Below are positions 23,401-33,756 of a stretch of 64,000 nt of DNA, piece after piece. Where the stretch lies: assembly GCA_963803805.1 (NCBI GenBank), contig CAWDOD010000010.1:192001-256000 (forward strand). The letters are read 5' to 3'. Position numbers and translations under genes: made by a program. The stretch's first letter is position 1. Each line of letters opens with the position of its first letter. Source of the DNA: an uncultured cyanobacterium. GTDB taxonomy: Bacteria; Cyanobacteriota; Cyanobacteriia; Cyanobacteriales; CAWCAG01. The notes under the pieces are model-generated. The model had not been told where the DNA came from, made no database searches, and saw only the letters and a program-made list of their open reading frames with translations.

Positions 23401-23498
23401 GCGCCAGATTTGAGGAAGGCTTAGAAGGATTAACCCAGAATAGTTTAGCCCATCCTTACTATTGGGGCCCGTTTATTTTAATTGGCAATGGTTTGTAG
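20424..23498 (+). CDS. TPR-repeat and CHAT-domain protein
   Basis: nine near-perfect 40-aa TPR units; CHAT motifs APDGQLRYIPLAAL, LHFATHA, LVVLSACQT, ASLWSVDD, HPYYWGPF. Confidence 0.92.
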   Translation: MSDFSLLRLLGLQNLSRLSLVLLLAVAAPFLPLSFGLQPGLVRAETVEEKDARARQLYSEAGDLWRVSKFAEAFEKLQEALQLFREAGNQQMQGNTLSSLGEIYRSTGKYEEAINYHQQALAITRKIGDQSGEGTILNNLGLVYRNSGEYKKAINYYQQALAIVREVDNQPTEGATLSNLGSVYQSIGKYEEAINYHQQALAVTRKIGDQSGEGTILNNLGEVYRNLGEYKKAINYYQQALAIIREVGNRAGEGAILNNLGLISQSIGEYKKAINYYQQALAIIREVGNRAGEGAILNNLGFIYSDLGKYEEAIAYYQEALAITRKVGNRAGEGAILNNLGEVYRNLGKYEEAVAYYQQALAIREEVGDRSGEGTTLNNLGAVYRSLGKYEEAITYYQQALAIHREVGNSPVEGTTLNNLGLIYSDLGKYEEAITYYQQALAIHQEVGNRQMEGSTLHNLGYLLQNQNQPQLAIIFLKQSVNIYETIRADIKGLPTDQQESYTATVANTYRKLGDLLLQQNRILEAQQVLDLLKIQELEDYLQNVRGEGDEKVVNLAPEINIITEYAQLQDKAIANGKALSQLQEEVKGIPLAQRSEAQLQRLKTLTNQREELVTLLTSFAKREDVQTWVQQLSLISQGRNVPLDQLKSISDDLQDIDQNAVLLYPLILEDRLELLLTTPNSPPIRRTVTVSREELNRTIVAYRQALKQRSPDVRKHGQKLYNWLIKPLENDLATAETETIIYAPDGQLRYIPLAALHDGEQWLVERFRVNNITARSLTDWDDKPSQELNILAGAFVEGNHEVKVGDHTFPFSGLKFAGREVEILASTIPTTDKLVDEAFNKDTFEDNMDTYTVLHFATHAALVPGKPEESFILFGNGETVSLKEVDEKWSINNVDLVVLSACQTGLGGELGEDGREILGFGYLMQDAGAKAAIASLWSVDDGGTQALMNAFYAALATKKYTKAEALRQAQIALITGDYSALSDDPRGAVEIRARFEEGLEGLTQNSLAHPYYWGPFILIGNGL

Positions 23499-23518
23499 AA
23501 CTGAATCTACAAACTTTG

Positions 23519-23624
23519 CTACCAGGGGTTACAATCATGGTGAAACCACTCCAGTAATAGGGATGAGTTAAATCTTGATTTCCTAAAGCTGCCAAAGCAT
23601 TAGGTAAAGCTATTCGGCGATCGC
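23519..23624 (-). pseudogene. C-terminal remnant of a second CHAT-domain gene
   Basis: ALPNALAALGNQDLTHPYYWSGFTMI, then (one G restored) GNPW*; the upstream sequence is not CHAT-like. Confidence 0.7.
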
Positions 23625-23784
23625 ATACTATACAAAAGCCCTGGAATTCAGAAAGGAAACTGACCTTTCTTGTAACATTGTCTACCGCACTTAGAACACT
23701 TCCAGCCAACAGTTTCTTTGGTTGCAAAAGCAATTTCTGTCCAGTTATCAGGGTAAATGTTAGTACTTCGCTAGCCAAGTTTTG

Positions 23785-24825
23785 CTATTGATGTACTTTA
23801 TTAACAAACTCTAAAGTATAGGCATCTTGATAATTAATGCTGTCATCCAAAACACCAACTGCTACTAACTCCTCAAACAAACTTTGCCAACGCCCGTCAC
23901 TCATCGCACCTATACCAAGTTTAGCTGCATCGCCAGAGGTAGCAACTTCATATTCTTTAAGTTTGGCAACTCCGTAAGCGAGAAGATCATCGGGCATTTC
24001 TGGATTAGCTTGCTTAATTAACTCATTACCCAATGTAGGATCTTCTAAATAGCTATACCAACCTTTAATAGAAGCTGTAACGAAACGCCTGACTAAATCT
24101 GGATTTTCCCCTACTAATTTTTGAGTTGTTTCAATGGTAAAAGCGTAGGGATTATAACCTGCTTCTGATAATGGTAAAATAACTGGTTTAAAGCCCCCTT
24201 CTTTCTCTATAGTATAGGGTTCAGAAGTTAAGACCCCTTGTTGAGCCGCATTTTTATCTGCTAAGAAAGGACTAACATTAAAATTGTAGGGACGTTGTTG
24301 ACTATCACTGAAGCCGTATTTTTCCTTTAATACTGGCCAATAGGTAGTATTAGCCCCTGGAGTAAGATAAATTGGCTTACCCTGAAGATCCTTAAGGGAT
24401 GCCACTCCTGTATCGGGATGGGCTAGCAAAACTTGTAATTCTTGTTGGAAAGTAGCAGCCACCGTGACAACAGGGACACCTTGTTGAATAGCTTTTAAGG
24501 CATTAATAGAATGCCCCATAATAAAATCAGCCAATCCACCTACTAAAAGCTGAGTCGTGTTAGTTTGGGGGGCAGTAGCTTGGATATTAACATCTAAACC
24601 ATAATCTTCATAAATACCTGTAGCCACAGCTTGGAAAAAGCCACCATATTCTGCTTCGGCTTTCCAACCAAGGGCAAATTCAATTTTATCTAGTTCTTTG
24701 CCACTTTTTGTACCTTTAGTATCAGAAGTCTTTTGCTGATTACAAGCCGCTAAAATGCTACTACCAACAGCTAGGGAACTAAGTTTGAGAAATTGGCGGC
24801 GTTTGAGACTAAAAATTTTGTTCAT
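23785..24825 (-). CDS. NMT1/THI5-like ABC substrate-binding lipoprotein (Tat signal)
   Basis: KRRQFLK, LAAC lipobox, WKAEAEYGGFFQAVATGIY. Confidence 0.85.
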   Translation of the reverse strand: MNKIFSLKRRQFLKLSSLAVGSSILAACNQQKTSDTKGTKSGKELDKIEFALGWKAEAEYGGFFQAVATGIYEDYGLDVNIQATAPQTNTTQLLVGGLADFIMGHSINALKAIQQGVPVVTVAATFQQELQVLLAHPDTGVASLKDLQGKPIYLTPGANTTYWPVLKEKYGFSDSQQRPYNFNVSPFLADKNAAQQGVLTSEPYTIEKEGGFKPVILPLSEAGYNPYAFTIETTQKLVGENPDLVRRFVTASIKGWYSYLEDPTLGNELIKQANPEMPDDLLAYGVAKLKEYEVATSGDAAKLGIGAMSDGRWQSLFEELVAVGVLDDSINYQDAYTLEFVNKVHQ

Positions 24826-25205
24826 TCGTCTACAGATTGGGCAGGAACTTCTACCGCTTCTACATCAATAGTTCCAGGGGGCGTTAGGCGAGTAAAGTTG
24901 CCCTGTTCAACTTGTAATGCTTCTCCACAATTAGGACATTGTATAGAAGTTGTCTTTAAAGCAGGAAACTCGTGGTTACACACAGGACATTGACTTTGTA
25001 CCAAGCTACGCTGCAACCACCAACGAAAACCAAATAAGGCGATCGCTGGGGTGATTAAGATTAAACCCAAAACAATTAGTAACCCCTTAGCTAACCAACC
25101 AAAGCCCACCGAACCTAATAACAAAAAGCTTAATATAAAAGTTAACCAACAGCCAAGACCGGAAGGGTTCAGCCGTAGTAGTTTAGGAACTTGGTCTTGA
25201 TTCAT
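24822..25205 (-). CDS. membrane protein with Zn-ribbon
   Basis: two TM helices, CPVC...CPNC, PPGTIDVEAVEV tail. Confidence 0.75.
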   Translation of the reverse strand: MNQDQVPKLLRLNPSGLGCWLTFILSFLLLGSVGFGWLAKGLLIVLGLILITPAIALFGFRWWLQRSLVQSQCPVCNHEFPALKTTSIQCPNCGEALQVEQGNFTRLTPPGTIDVEAVEVPAQSVDE

Positions 25206-25309
25206 TGGCTTTCTCCTTAATGTATACTCCCATACTTAACTTTAACTCTTGGTTTACTTTTTGAGTGATAGGGAGGTGGGAAGTAAGGAAAGTATGGGAA
25301 ATCGGTGTT

Positions 25310-25477
25310 TTATTCAGCGAAACACCAAGCGATAATTGCCACGGCTACGATGGCTACACTATACCAAATGAAGCCGTTCAGAGTATTAAGGAGAAGACGT
25401 ATAGGCCACAAAACCAAAGTCTCTGAAAAGAAAAAGTTACAGATTAAGAGGAAAATAAGTAGAAAAACTAGTTGCAT
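25310..25477 (-). CDS. small 55-aa membrane protein (not in ORF track)
   Basis: MQLVFLLIFLLICNFFFSETLVLWPIRLLLNTLNGFIWYSVAIVAVAIIAWCFAE*; co-oriented with the two downstream genes. Confidence 0.55.
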   Translation of the reverse strand: MQLVFLLIFLLICNFFFSETLVLWPIRLLLNTLNGFIWYSVAIVAVAIIAWCFAE

Positions 25478-25493
25478 AAAAGGTGGGAGTAAC

Positions 25494-25548
25494 TAAGCTG
25501 TCAGGTATTTAGGTGAGTTAATAGGTAATGGGGAAGAACTACAGCCTA
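25494..25548. mobile_element. degenerate copy of MITE family A
   Basis: TAAGCTGTCAGGTATTTA left end, weak CAGCCTA right end. Confidence 0.5.
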
Positions 25549-25742
25549 TTTTACAGTCCCTAATTTCAGTATGGGTGTAAAGGTTCAAATCAAACCCTTT
25601 CCCTTTTCCTTTACCCCGTCACTCTTTCACCCATGTGTCAGAGTAAATACCGTCCCATCTCTTCCTCAAGTATTACGAAATTAGACTATAAGTTTATGTA
25701 TAAGTACTAATAATAATACTCAATTATCAAAAAGGAACAGCC

Positions 25743-26240
25743 ATGCCAAAGTTAAAAGCTAGTGTCTTAATTGGTTTTCTCGCTGCTTTAAGCACAGCCC
25801 CTGTTTTAGCTGAGGCCAACTTCGCTCAACTAATTTTGACCAGTAATCCTGAAACAGCCAACCCTGTAGTTTCTGGTAATACCCAAGGGGCATACGACTT
25901 AACTATAATTGCACCGAAAGATATTAGAGGAAATGACTGTCTAGGTTGGGCAACCCAACAGCCAGATCATATTTTAGTTCTAGAAGAAGACTTTTCTCGC
26001 TTGGAGTTAAAGGTCAATAGTAGAGGTAAAGATACAACCTTAATTGTTAAAAGTCCTGGCGGTAAAGTGCTTTGCGGCGATGATTCTGGTTCTAATCCTG
26101 ATGCCAGCATTGTAATTAAAAGTAACGATGATGATACTCAAGATGATGAATTTTTAAAAGCTGGCAAGTTTGAAGTTTGGGTAGGTGCAAGCGATCCTAA
26201 TCAACGCTGGAATTATAGTTTGTCTGGTAACGCCCAGTAG
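25743..26240 (+). CDS. secreted hypothetical protein
   Basis: signal peptide; CLG...PDHIL, DTTLIV, CGDD and GKFEVWVG pattern. Confidence 0.7.
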   Translation: MPKLKASVLIGFLAALSTAPVLAEANFAQLILTSNPETANPVVSGNTQGAYDLTIIAPKDIRGNDCLGWATQQPDHILVLEEDFSRLELKVNSRGKDTTLIVKSPGGKVLCGDDSGSNPDASIVIKSNDDDTQDDEFLKAGKFEVWVGASDPNQRWNYSLSGNAQ

Positions 26241-26306
26241 GGGAGGGTTTGGAGAAAAATTGAGACATTAACAATTAAACTACATAAACCCGCCCTAACG
26301 CCCTTT

Positions 26307-26972
26307 ATGGAAATTAATCATCCCCCTGCTTGGCCTCAAAATACAGAAGATGCCAAGGAAATGCAAAATCAATTACAACCCCAAGTTATTACCGAAGATC
26401 GTTTCGATGAAGTGAAATATGTGGCGGGGGTTGATGTGGGGTTTGAAAATAATTATGCCATCAGCAAAGCGGCTGCTGTTATTTTGAGTTTTCCTCAACT
26501 AGAATTACAGGAGAAGGCGATCGCCAAAATCCCGACAACTTTTCCCTATATTCCTGGTTTCCTTTCCTTTCGAGAAATTCCCGTTATCCTCAAAGCCTTA
26601 GAGAAGTTAACCATAGTTCCTGATTTGATTTTATGTGATGGTCAAGGAATTGCCCATCCCCGTAGGTTTGGTTTAGCTTGTCACTTAGGGGTTTTACTCG
26701 ACTTGCCAACTATTGGTGTAGCTAAGTCCTTATTCATTGGTAAGCATGAAGCTGTAGCTACAGAAAAAGGAAGTTGGCAACCGTTGCTGGATAAAGGAGA
26801 AATTATTGGGGCGGTTTTGCGTTCTAGAAATGGGGTTAAACCTTTATATGTTTCCCCTGGACATCGTATCAGTCTATCTACAGCCCTAGATTATGTCCTT
26901 CGTTGTACTCCTAAATATCGTTTGCCAGAAACAACTCGCTGGGCCGACAAATTGGCATCTCATACTCCCTAA
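26307..26972 (+). CDS. nfi: endonuclease V
   Basis: AGVDVGF, FPYIPGFLSFRE, DGQGIAHPRRFGLA, VSPGH. Confidence 0.95.
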   Translation: MEINHPPAWPQNTEDAKEMQNQLQPQVITEDRFDEVKYVAGVDVGFENNYAISKAAAVILSFPQLELQEKAIAKIPTTFPYIPGFLSFREIPVILKALEKLTIVPDLILCDGQGIAHPRRFGLACHLGVLLDLPTIGVAKSLFIGKHEAVATEKGSWQPLLDKGEIIGAVLRSRNGVKPLYVSPGHRISLSTALDYVLRCTPKYRLPETTRWADKLASHTP

Positions 26973-27089
26973 GAAGGGAATAGTCACTCTTTCAATATAG
27001 AAAATAGAGGTTTCTAAAAGCTTAGTGCCTAAGTCCTGGGAAAGCAGGAATCATATTAAAATAACGGATAACTGTTACAGCGAAAAATT

Positions 27090-27962
27090 GTGGTAGAAGC
27101 AAAAATCGGTATTATTGGTGGTAGCGGGCTTTATAAAATGGAGGCCCTTGAGGATGTAGAGGAAATAAAGGTAAACACTCCTTTTGGTTCTCCTTCTGAT
27201 GCTCTCATTGTTGGCAAAATAGCAGGTATTCAGGTTGCTTTCTTAGCCCGTCATGGGCGCAACCATCATCTGACACCTTCAGAATTACCTTTTCGGGCCA
27301 ATATTTATGCCATGAAGCAGCTAGGGGTGGAATATCTCATTTCTGCTTCGGCTGTGGGTTCGTTAAAAGAGGCCGCTAAACCTCTAGATATGGTTATTCC
27401 AGACCAATTTATTGACCGTACCAAAAATCGCATTTCTACTTTTTTTGGTGAGGGAATCGTGGGGCATATTGCTTTCGGTGAGCCAATTTGCCCTAACTTG
27501 GCAGAGGTTTTAGGAGATGCTGTGGCCAGTTTGCAGCTATCAGAAGTCACTTTGCATCGTGGTGGTACTTATGTTTGCATGGAAGGGCCAGCTTTTTCTA
27601 CCAAAGCAGAATCCCATCTTTATCGCAGTTGGGATGCAACGATTATTGGTATGACCAATTTACCAGAAGCTAAGTTAGCCAGGGAAGCAGAAATTGCCTA
27701 TGCAACTTTAGCCTTGGTGACAGATTATGATTGCTGGCATCCTGATCACGACAGCGTTACAGTCGAAATGATAATTGGCAATTTGCAGCGCAACGCGACA
27801 AATGCTCAAAAAGTGATTCAAGCGGCTGTTAAAAGTTTAGGCAGCAATCCCCCAGAATCCCTTGCTCATTCCGCCCTTAAATACGCTATTATCACTCCAC
27901 TAGCTACAGCCCCCCAAGCTACAAAACAGAAGTTAGAGATTTTGTTGAAGAAGTATTTGTAA
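27090..27962 (+). CDS. mtnP: S-methyl-5'-thioadenosine phosphorylase
   Basis: [32 protein letters not shown]. Confidence 0.95.
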   Translation: MVEAKIGIIGGSGLYKMEALEDVEEIKVNTPFGSPSDALIVGKIAGIQVAFLARHGRNHHLTPSELPFRANIYAMKQLGVEYLISASAVGSLKEAAKPLDMVIPDQFIDRTKNRISTFFGEGIVGHIAFGEPICPNLAEVLGDAVASLQLSEVTLHRGGTYVCMEGPAFSTKAESHLYRSWDATIIGMTNLPEAKLAREAEIAYATLALVTDYDCWHPDHDSVTVEMIIGNLQRNATNAQKVIQAAVKSLGSNPPESLAHSALKYAIITPLATAPQATKQKLEILLKKYL

Positions 27963-28228
27963 TGTGGGCGTTGCTAAATGAGCAGATGAATCGATGTGGA
28001 AGCAGAACATCCCAAAACTTAAGGTGGTGAATCAGCTAATCGGATAGAGTGTTTTAACCTCTCAACCGACTTGGAATAGCACGTAGAAAATCATCTTTTA
28101 TTTAGGCGTTGCCTAAATAATTCATTCTTGAGACAGAACTATAAATTCTCCACTTTGACCCCTCAGTCAGAAGAGAAAACCCCTTAAGTTTCTTAGGATT
28201 GAAAGAAGCTAATATAGGAGATTAAAAT

Positions 28229-28771
28229 ATGGCTCAAGCATTGCAAGGTAAAAAAATTGCTATCCTAGTAGAAAGTGGTTTTGAACAGGTGGAAATGACC
28301 AAACCCCGGCAGTCCCTTGATGAAGCTGGCGCTAAAACTGAATTAATTTCCCCTCAAAACGAGAAAGTACAAGGGTGGAACCATTTTGATAAAGGTGATG
28401 AGTTCCCCGTTGATGTCCAGCTAGATAGTGCTGATCCTACTAGCTATGACGGACTATTACTACCTGGAGGCGTTGCTAACCCAGACCAACTACGTACCAA
28501 TGACAAAGCTATACAGTTTATCGCTGCTTTTTTCGCTGCCAATAAACCAGTTGCTGCTATTTGCCATGGCCCTTGGACTCTTATCGAAGCAGGTGTAGTT
28601 AAAGGCCGTACTGTAACTTCTTGGCCATCTCTGAAAACTGACTTGAAAAATGCTGGGGCAATTTGGGCCGATAGAGAAGTTGTGGTAGATCAAGGTTTAA
28701 TTACTAGCCGCAACCCTGATGATATTCCTGCTTTTACTGAAAAGATCATTGAGGCTTTAGCAACTAAGTAA
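28229..28771 (+). CDS. pfpI: PfpI/DJ-1 family protein
   Basis: GFEQVE, LPGGVANPD, AICHGPW, TSRNPDD. Confidence 0.88.
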   Translation: MAQALQGKKIAILVESGFEQVEMTKPRQSLDEAGAKTELISPQNEKVQGWNHFDKGDEFPVDVQLDSADPTSYDGLLLPGGVANPDQLRTNDKAIQFIAAFFAANKPVAAICHGPWTLIEAGVVKGRTVTSWPSLKTDLKNAGAIWADREVVVDQGLITSRNPDDIPAFTEKIIEALATK

Positions 28772-28906
28772 TGATTCAGCGTAAGGGGGCAAAATCAGAT
28801 CCATGATTAGCAACGCTGTAATGTCAAATCTGGTTTAGTTACCAAGGTATTTATGAGGGTAGGGTTAGTAAGACGATTATTAATTATTAATTATCAATTA
28901 TCAAAC

Positions 28907-30907
28907 TCATCCCTTCATTTCCGAAAGGGCATTTTTCGTCATCGCGGCGATCGCCTGATCATTAGCTTTAGGGAGATGGTAATATTTGCCCCTTGCTTGC
29001 TTAGCTAACTCCTTGGCAAAGCCGGTGGAGACAAACTTATTTTCTGTATCAATTACCAACATTTGCATTCCTAAAGCCGGGATTCTCGCCGCAATGTCGA
29101 GTAATTCTGCTTTAATATCTGGTTTTTCATCTTCTGGTAAAGTATCTCCTAAAGAACGGGCTAAAGGAATATTGCCCCTACCGTCGGTAATGGCAACAAT
29201 AACCACCTGGCCAATATCCCCTGACATTTGGGCATTAGTCCCCACATGAACAGCTTGGGTTAAGCCGTGGGCTAAAGGAGAACCGCCACCGCAGGGAAGT
29301 TGTTCTAACCTACCTTTTGCTAGGGCAATAGAACGGGTTGGGGGCAGCAGGACTTCAGCCCTTTCTCCCCGGAAAGGAATCAAGGCCACTTGGTCACGGT
29401 TTTCATAGGCTTCGGTCAATAGGCGTAATACGGCCCCTTTTGCTGATTGCATTCGGTTTAGGGCCATCGAACCAGAAGCATCTACCACAAATACCACTAA
29501 AGAACCTGCTTTCCTAACTAAGCGCTTGGCCCGTAAATCAGTTTGTTCGACAATAACTGTACGGTTGGGTTGGCGCAGTCTCCGGGATTTTTGATAAGGG
29601 GCAGCAGCACGTAGGGTAGCATCCACAGCGACTCGGCGTACTTTCCCTTTGGGCAACATCGGTTTGATATAGCGTCCTCGATCATCGGAAAAAATAACGC
29701 TGCGACTACCGGATTTTCCTTGACGCTGGGTCATTTGAGCAAAATAAAGGACGCTAGGATCAAGAATTACCCCTTCTGCATCAAAGAGGAATTCTTCTGG
29801 TATGGCTGGGGGTTCTTGTTGTTCTTCTTCCTCTGGTTTCTCCTCATCCGGTTCTTCCTCATCCGGTTCCTGCTGATTTTCATCTTGATTTTGAGAAGGT
29901 GGGGGTGGCGGGGGCGGTTGTTGTTCTTCGGGAGGGGTTTGTATGACCGTAGAACGAGGTACAATCACCAATTCCACTGCCCGCCTTAAGTCCTCGGCTG
30001 TCACCTCATTCCTCCCTTCTAAAGCCGCAGCAGCTTTAGCAACTCTAGCCGCAAATAGTTCGGCCCGATGTCCTTTTACTTCTCCTCTGACAGCTTCTTC
30101 AACTAAATAGGTAATTTGTTCTTTATTGATGTGGACATCCTTTAACCATTCCCTCGCGAGGATAATTTCTGTTTTGAGGTTATCCATGTCTTCTTGATAC
30201 TGAAGGAGAAAATCTTGAGGAGAGTAGGTATAACCAATGGCTTGTTCTACGGCTTGAACTCGTTGCTCTAAGGCTAACACGCCATCGGCAGAAAGGGTGA
30301 TGGCGATCCGATCTAACAAATGTTCTCGTAAAGTCCCTTCTTCTGGGTTATAGGTGGCGATTAAAAGGGGTTTGCAAGGATGTTCAATACTAATGCCTTC
30401 TCTTTCTACCCGGTTGCATCCTTCTGTTAAAACCGTTAAAAGCTGGTTAGCAATTTGGTCATCAAGGAGATTGATTTCATCAATATAAAGTACTCCCCGA
30501 TGTGCCTTTGCTAATAGTCCCGGCTGGAAGATAGGTTCCCCTTGTTGGACAGACTTTTCTACATCCACCGAACCTAAAAGACGATCTTCTGTAGTTCCTA
30601 AAGGAATTTGTACAAAGGGGGCCCGAATAATTTCTACTTCTTGATCTGAAGGTTGAATTAAACTTGTCCCCTGAAATTCTTCAACTGGTTTGAGGTTACA
30701 ATAAGAACCTTTTACCACTTCAATAGGGGGTAGAAGGGCGTGAATTGCCCTAGCCATAACTGATTTAGCTGTCCCCCGACGACCAGCGATCGCCACCCCC
30801 CCCAATCCCGGATCTACTGCTGCTAGTAACAAAGCTAGCTTAATAGCATCTTGTCCCACCACAGCAGTGAGAGGGAAAGTTGAGTTGGCAGTATTTAATG
30901 CAACCAT
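28907..30907 (-). CDS. chlD: magnesium chelatase subunit D
   Basis: [11 protein letters not shown] domain, Pro/acidic linker, v[18 protein letters not shown]. Confidence 0.96.
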   Translation of the reverse strand: MVALNTANSTFPLTAVVGQDAIKLALLLAAVDPGLGGVAIAGRRGTAKSVMARAIHALLPPIEVVKGSYCNLKPVEEFQGTSLIQPSDQEVEIIRAPFVQIPLGTTEDRLLGSVDVEKSVQQGEPIFQPGLLAKAHRGVLYIDEINLLDDQIANQLLTVLTEGCNRVEREGISIEHPCKPLLIATYNPEEGTLREHLLDRIAITLSADGVLALEQRVQAVEQAIGYTYSPQDFLLQYQEDMDNLKTEIILAREWLKDVHINKEQITYLVEEAVRGEVKGHRAELFAARVAKAAAALEGRNEVTAEDLRRAVELVIVPRSTVIQTPPEEQQPPPPPPPSQNQDENQQEPDEEEPDEEKPEEEEQQEPPAIPEEFLFDAEGVILDPSVLYFAQMTQRQGKSGSRSVIFSDDRGRYIKPMLPKGKVRRVAVDATLRAAAPYQKSRRLRQPNRTVIVEQTDLRAKRLVRKAGSLVVFVVDASGSMALNRMQSAKGAVLRLLTEAYENRDQVALIPFRGERAEVLLPPTRSIALAKGRLEQLPCGGGSPLAHGLTQAVHVGTNAQMSGDIGQVVIVAITDGRGNIPLARSLGDTLPEDEKPDIKAELLDIAARIPALGMQMLVIDTENKFVSTGFAKELAKQARGKYYHLPKANDQAIAAMTKNALSEMKG

Positions 30908-31044
30908 ATATCAGTTATCAGTTATCAGTTATCAATGATGTCTTTGACAAGGGTAAACCCTACAATGTACAACTTGCTGTTGCTGTTAGGTGTCACTTGT
31001 CAATGCGGTATTTTGTTGAAAGCACTTTCGTAACTTATTACTTG

Positions 31045-31980
31045 TTACTTGTTACTTATGCCAATGCAACCTAAAGCAAGACCAATTTGTTGGGCTACAG
31101 AATTGATTAATTCTATATTTTCTTCCCTAACTTGGTAATCTTTTCGCCATTGCACCGAAAGAATTGCTTCTAATTGGTTCCGGAAGAAAGCCGGGGCGGC
31201 GATATGGACTTTGAGGTCTGTACCTTGATAATATTGACTTGTGGTGGCATTGGAGTCAACCAAAGCTTCTATCCAAACCTGAAGTTGCCCTGCCTCTATA
31301 ACTTTAGTCACTAAAGGATCTTGGTCAAGGAAATCTGCGGCTAACTCGCCGTTGCTATATTTACCTTGGGTTGATACTAAGCTTTTATTTTCCACAAGCT
31401 GTAAAATACAACCATCCCCTTGTAAACTTTCTCCTATAGCTGTGGCGATGGGTTCTAAGCTTGCTTCAATAGATGTGGCTGTTTGGGCGATTTCGCCAAT
31501 TTTCATTAATAAGGCAACTTGTTTGTTGTTACGGTGTCTTTCTAGGCGACGACCTCTTAATGTATCATAGGTTTCAGCCGCATCTTGAACCACCAGCCTT
31601 AAGGTTTGGGGGTCCCAAGGTTTGGTGATATATTTATAGACTTGTCCAGAATTAATCGCATCAACCAAGTCTTCCACATCGCTAAATCCAGTTAGAATTA
31701 TACGCATGGTATCGGGAAATTGGGGAACAGTTTTGCTTAAAAATTCTGTCCCTTTCATCTCCGGCATTCTTTGATTGGAGATAATTACTGCCACTTCCCC
31801 CTGATTGGAAAGCACTTCTAAAGCCTCTACACCGCTATTAGCTTTATAAACCTGGAAACTCCGCCTAAAAGTACGATAAAGTAAGTCTAAATTATCTGGT
31901 TCATCGTCTACCACCAGCATTTTCGGTTTTTTTGCTTTTTCCATCTGTTTAAGTAATTTGTTAATATCATTTGGGTTCAT
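31045..31980 (-). CDS. response regulator (REC plus GAF-like); acceptor Asp reads Asn
   Basis: LVVDDEPDN, IISNQRMP, ILTGF, YITKPWD. Confidence 0.85.
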   Translation of the reverse strand: MNPNDINKLLKQMEKAKKPKMLVVDDEPDNLDLLYRTFRRSFQVYKANSGVEALEVLSNQGEVAVIISNQRMPEMKGTEFLSKTVPQFPDTMRIILTGFSDVEDLVDAINSGQVYKYITKPWDPQTLRLVVQDAAETYDTLRGRRLERHRNNKQVALLMKIGEIAQTATSIEASLEPIATAIGESLQGDGCILQLVENKSLVSTQGKYSNGELAADFLDQDPLVTKVIEAGQLQVWIEALVDSNATTSQYYQGTDLKVHIAAPAFFRNQLEAILSVQWRKDYQVREENIELINSVAQQIGLALGCIGISNK

Positions 31981-32105
31981 ATCAATAAAATTAAATTAGC
32001 GCAACTGTCTGTGTATGCAAGATAAGGCTCACTTTAGTAGATTAACCCAAGACTTTAAAGATTGCTTTATAGACGGGTTGCTTAGTTATTGAATAATTTT
32101 ATATT

Positions 32106-33728
32106 TTAAAGCCCAATGTTACAGCGATAAAGCTGATAGGGATAACTACCTAATCGATAAAATTGGCTGTTGTCAATATTACACTGAGTTCTATTGATAA
32201 TCTGGACAGCAGGGAAGCTTTCATCTAAAAAGCCTGGGGCAATTAACCATAAGTTGCTTGGGGAAACAGATAGTTGAGATATTTGTTGCCAAATTTTTTC
32301 ATATCCTTGGGAGTTATCTAGGAAAATAAAGTTAGTTTCTCTGGTTTCTATTCTGACATCTTTTAATGCTAAGGCATAACTCAATCCTAGTGCCAGGTCG
32401 AGGGAATTACGGTAGGGAAAGACTATTAAGACAGGTTGTGGAGATTGATTAAAATGGTTGGCTACGGTGGCAGGGAAAAAAGGTTTTTGAAAGGCGAGGT
32501 TGAAGGTGACGAAAAGAGAACTGATGATGCCAATACAAATCAGGAAGAAAGGGAAGGTATTTTGTTGTCTCCTGGCGGTTAAACCTGCTGCTAATAAACA
32601 TTCAAAAGCAGGAAAGTAAATGAAATTGTAGCGGGGAACGATGGTGATATCTTTTTTCAAGCCATAAACTAAGGCAAGAAATTCTAGTAAAACTAAAACC
32701 AGGAAGCAAGTGAGGCTAAAAGTAGAAAGATGGAAACGTTTGTGTTGTCTCATTTGCCTGAAGCCTGCCCAAGTTTGCCAAGCAACCCAGATACCAAAGG
32801 CAACGGTGAAAAATATACTAAGAATTTGTATTTTTAAGGGTTGATTTTCTACGGGTAAAACAATAATTGTGGTTAACCAAGCCGCAATTATTTGTAATAA
32901 AGGGAGAATATTTTGGGGAGAAGGAAGCCAATCGGTTTTAGGACTGGTGAAATGTTCTAAGAGGATGGGGAACCAGGGAGAAAAGATAGCAATTATTACC
33001 AAGGTGGAGATGGTTAAGTAAGCAAGGTTGATGAGTTTTTCTTTCTTGGTTTTTGGTAAGTAGTAAGTTAATAATAATAATGTTAAAATTTCAGCAACTA
33101 ATGCTAAAATACCAAAATAATGACTATATAAACTAATACCGTTAACCCCAATCCAACTCAACCATGGCAAAGGATTGAGTCGTTGTTTTTGTAAGTCTTT
33201 TTGGATTTGAATTAAATTAATCAAACCCAAAGTAATGAGAAACATGGGCAAAGTATAATGCCTCGCTTCTTGGGAAAGATAAACAGCAAAAGGAGAAACT
33301 GCCATTAAAGCTGCCCCTACTAAACCAGCCTGACGGGAAAAAGCAAGGCGGTTGAGGTAATAAACTGCCCCAATTTCCGCCACTCCAATTAAGGCAGGAA
33401 AGGCCCGTAGTTTCCAAGTTAAAGATTGAGTTAAAGGTGATAAGAGATTTAGCCAACTATGGGTTAAGCAAAAAAATAAGGGGGGATGGGTAGATTGTTG
33501 ATGTAAGTTGTTAGCAATTGTGGTGCAACTAACTTCAGGATTAAGAGTGAAAATTGGTGATAAATTGTGAGGAGAAAAAGTTACATTCACCGGAACATCA
33601 TTAAAGTTTTTGCCTAAACTAAATAAGGCGGTGATTACTTCATCAAGCCAGAATGGTTTAAGGTCTAGATTCAGAAAACGTAAAACTATTCCCAACCCTA
33701 AAATTAATGTTAGTAATAAATATTGCAT
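32106..33728 (-). CDS. GT39/PMT-family membrane glycosyltransferase
   Basis: KPFWLDE, THPPLFF, SQEARHY, multiple TM segments. Confidence 0.85.
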   Translation of the reverse strand: MQYLLLTLILGLGIVLRFLNLDLKPFWLDEVITALFSLGKNFNDVPVNVTFSPHNLSPIFTLNPEVSCTTIANNLHQQSTHPPLFFCLTHSWLNLLSPLTQSLTWKLRAFPALIGVAEIGAVYYLNRLAFSRQAGLVGAALMAVSPFAVYLSQEARHYTLPMFLITLGLINLIQIQKDLQKQRLNPLPWLSWIGVNGISLYSHYFGILALVAEILTLLLLTYYLPKTKKEKLINLAYLTISTLVIIAIFSPWFPILLEHFTSPKTDWLPSPQNILPLLQIIAAWLTTIIVLPVENQPLKIQILSIFFTVAFGIWVAWQTWAGFRQMRQHKRFHLSTFSLTCFLVLVLLEFLALVYGLKKDITIVPRYNFIYFPAFECLLAAGLTARRQQNTFPFFLICIGIISSLFVTFNLAFQKPFFPATVANHFNQSPQPVLIVFPYRNSLDLALGLSYALALKDVRIETRETNFIFLDNSQGYEKIWQQISQLSVSPSNLWLIAPGFLDESFPAVQIINRTQCNIDNSQFYRLGSYPYQLYRCNIGL

Positions 33729-33756
33729 TTCCCGATGTAATACTTTTTAAGCGAAA

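Noticed and set aside
29780-29940. Pro/Glu low-complexity repeat
   Set aside because: Normal ChlD linker
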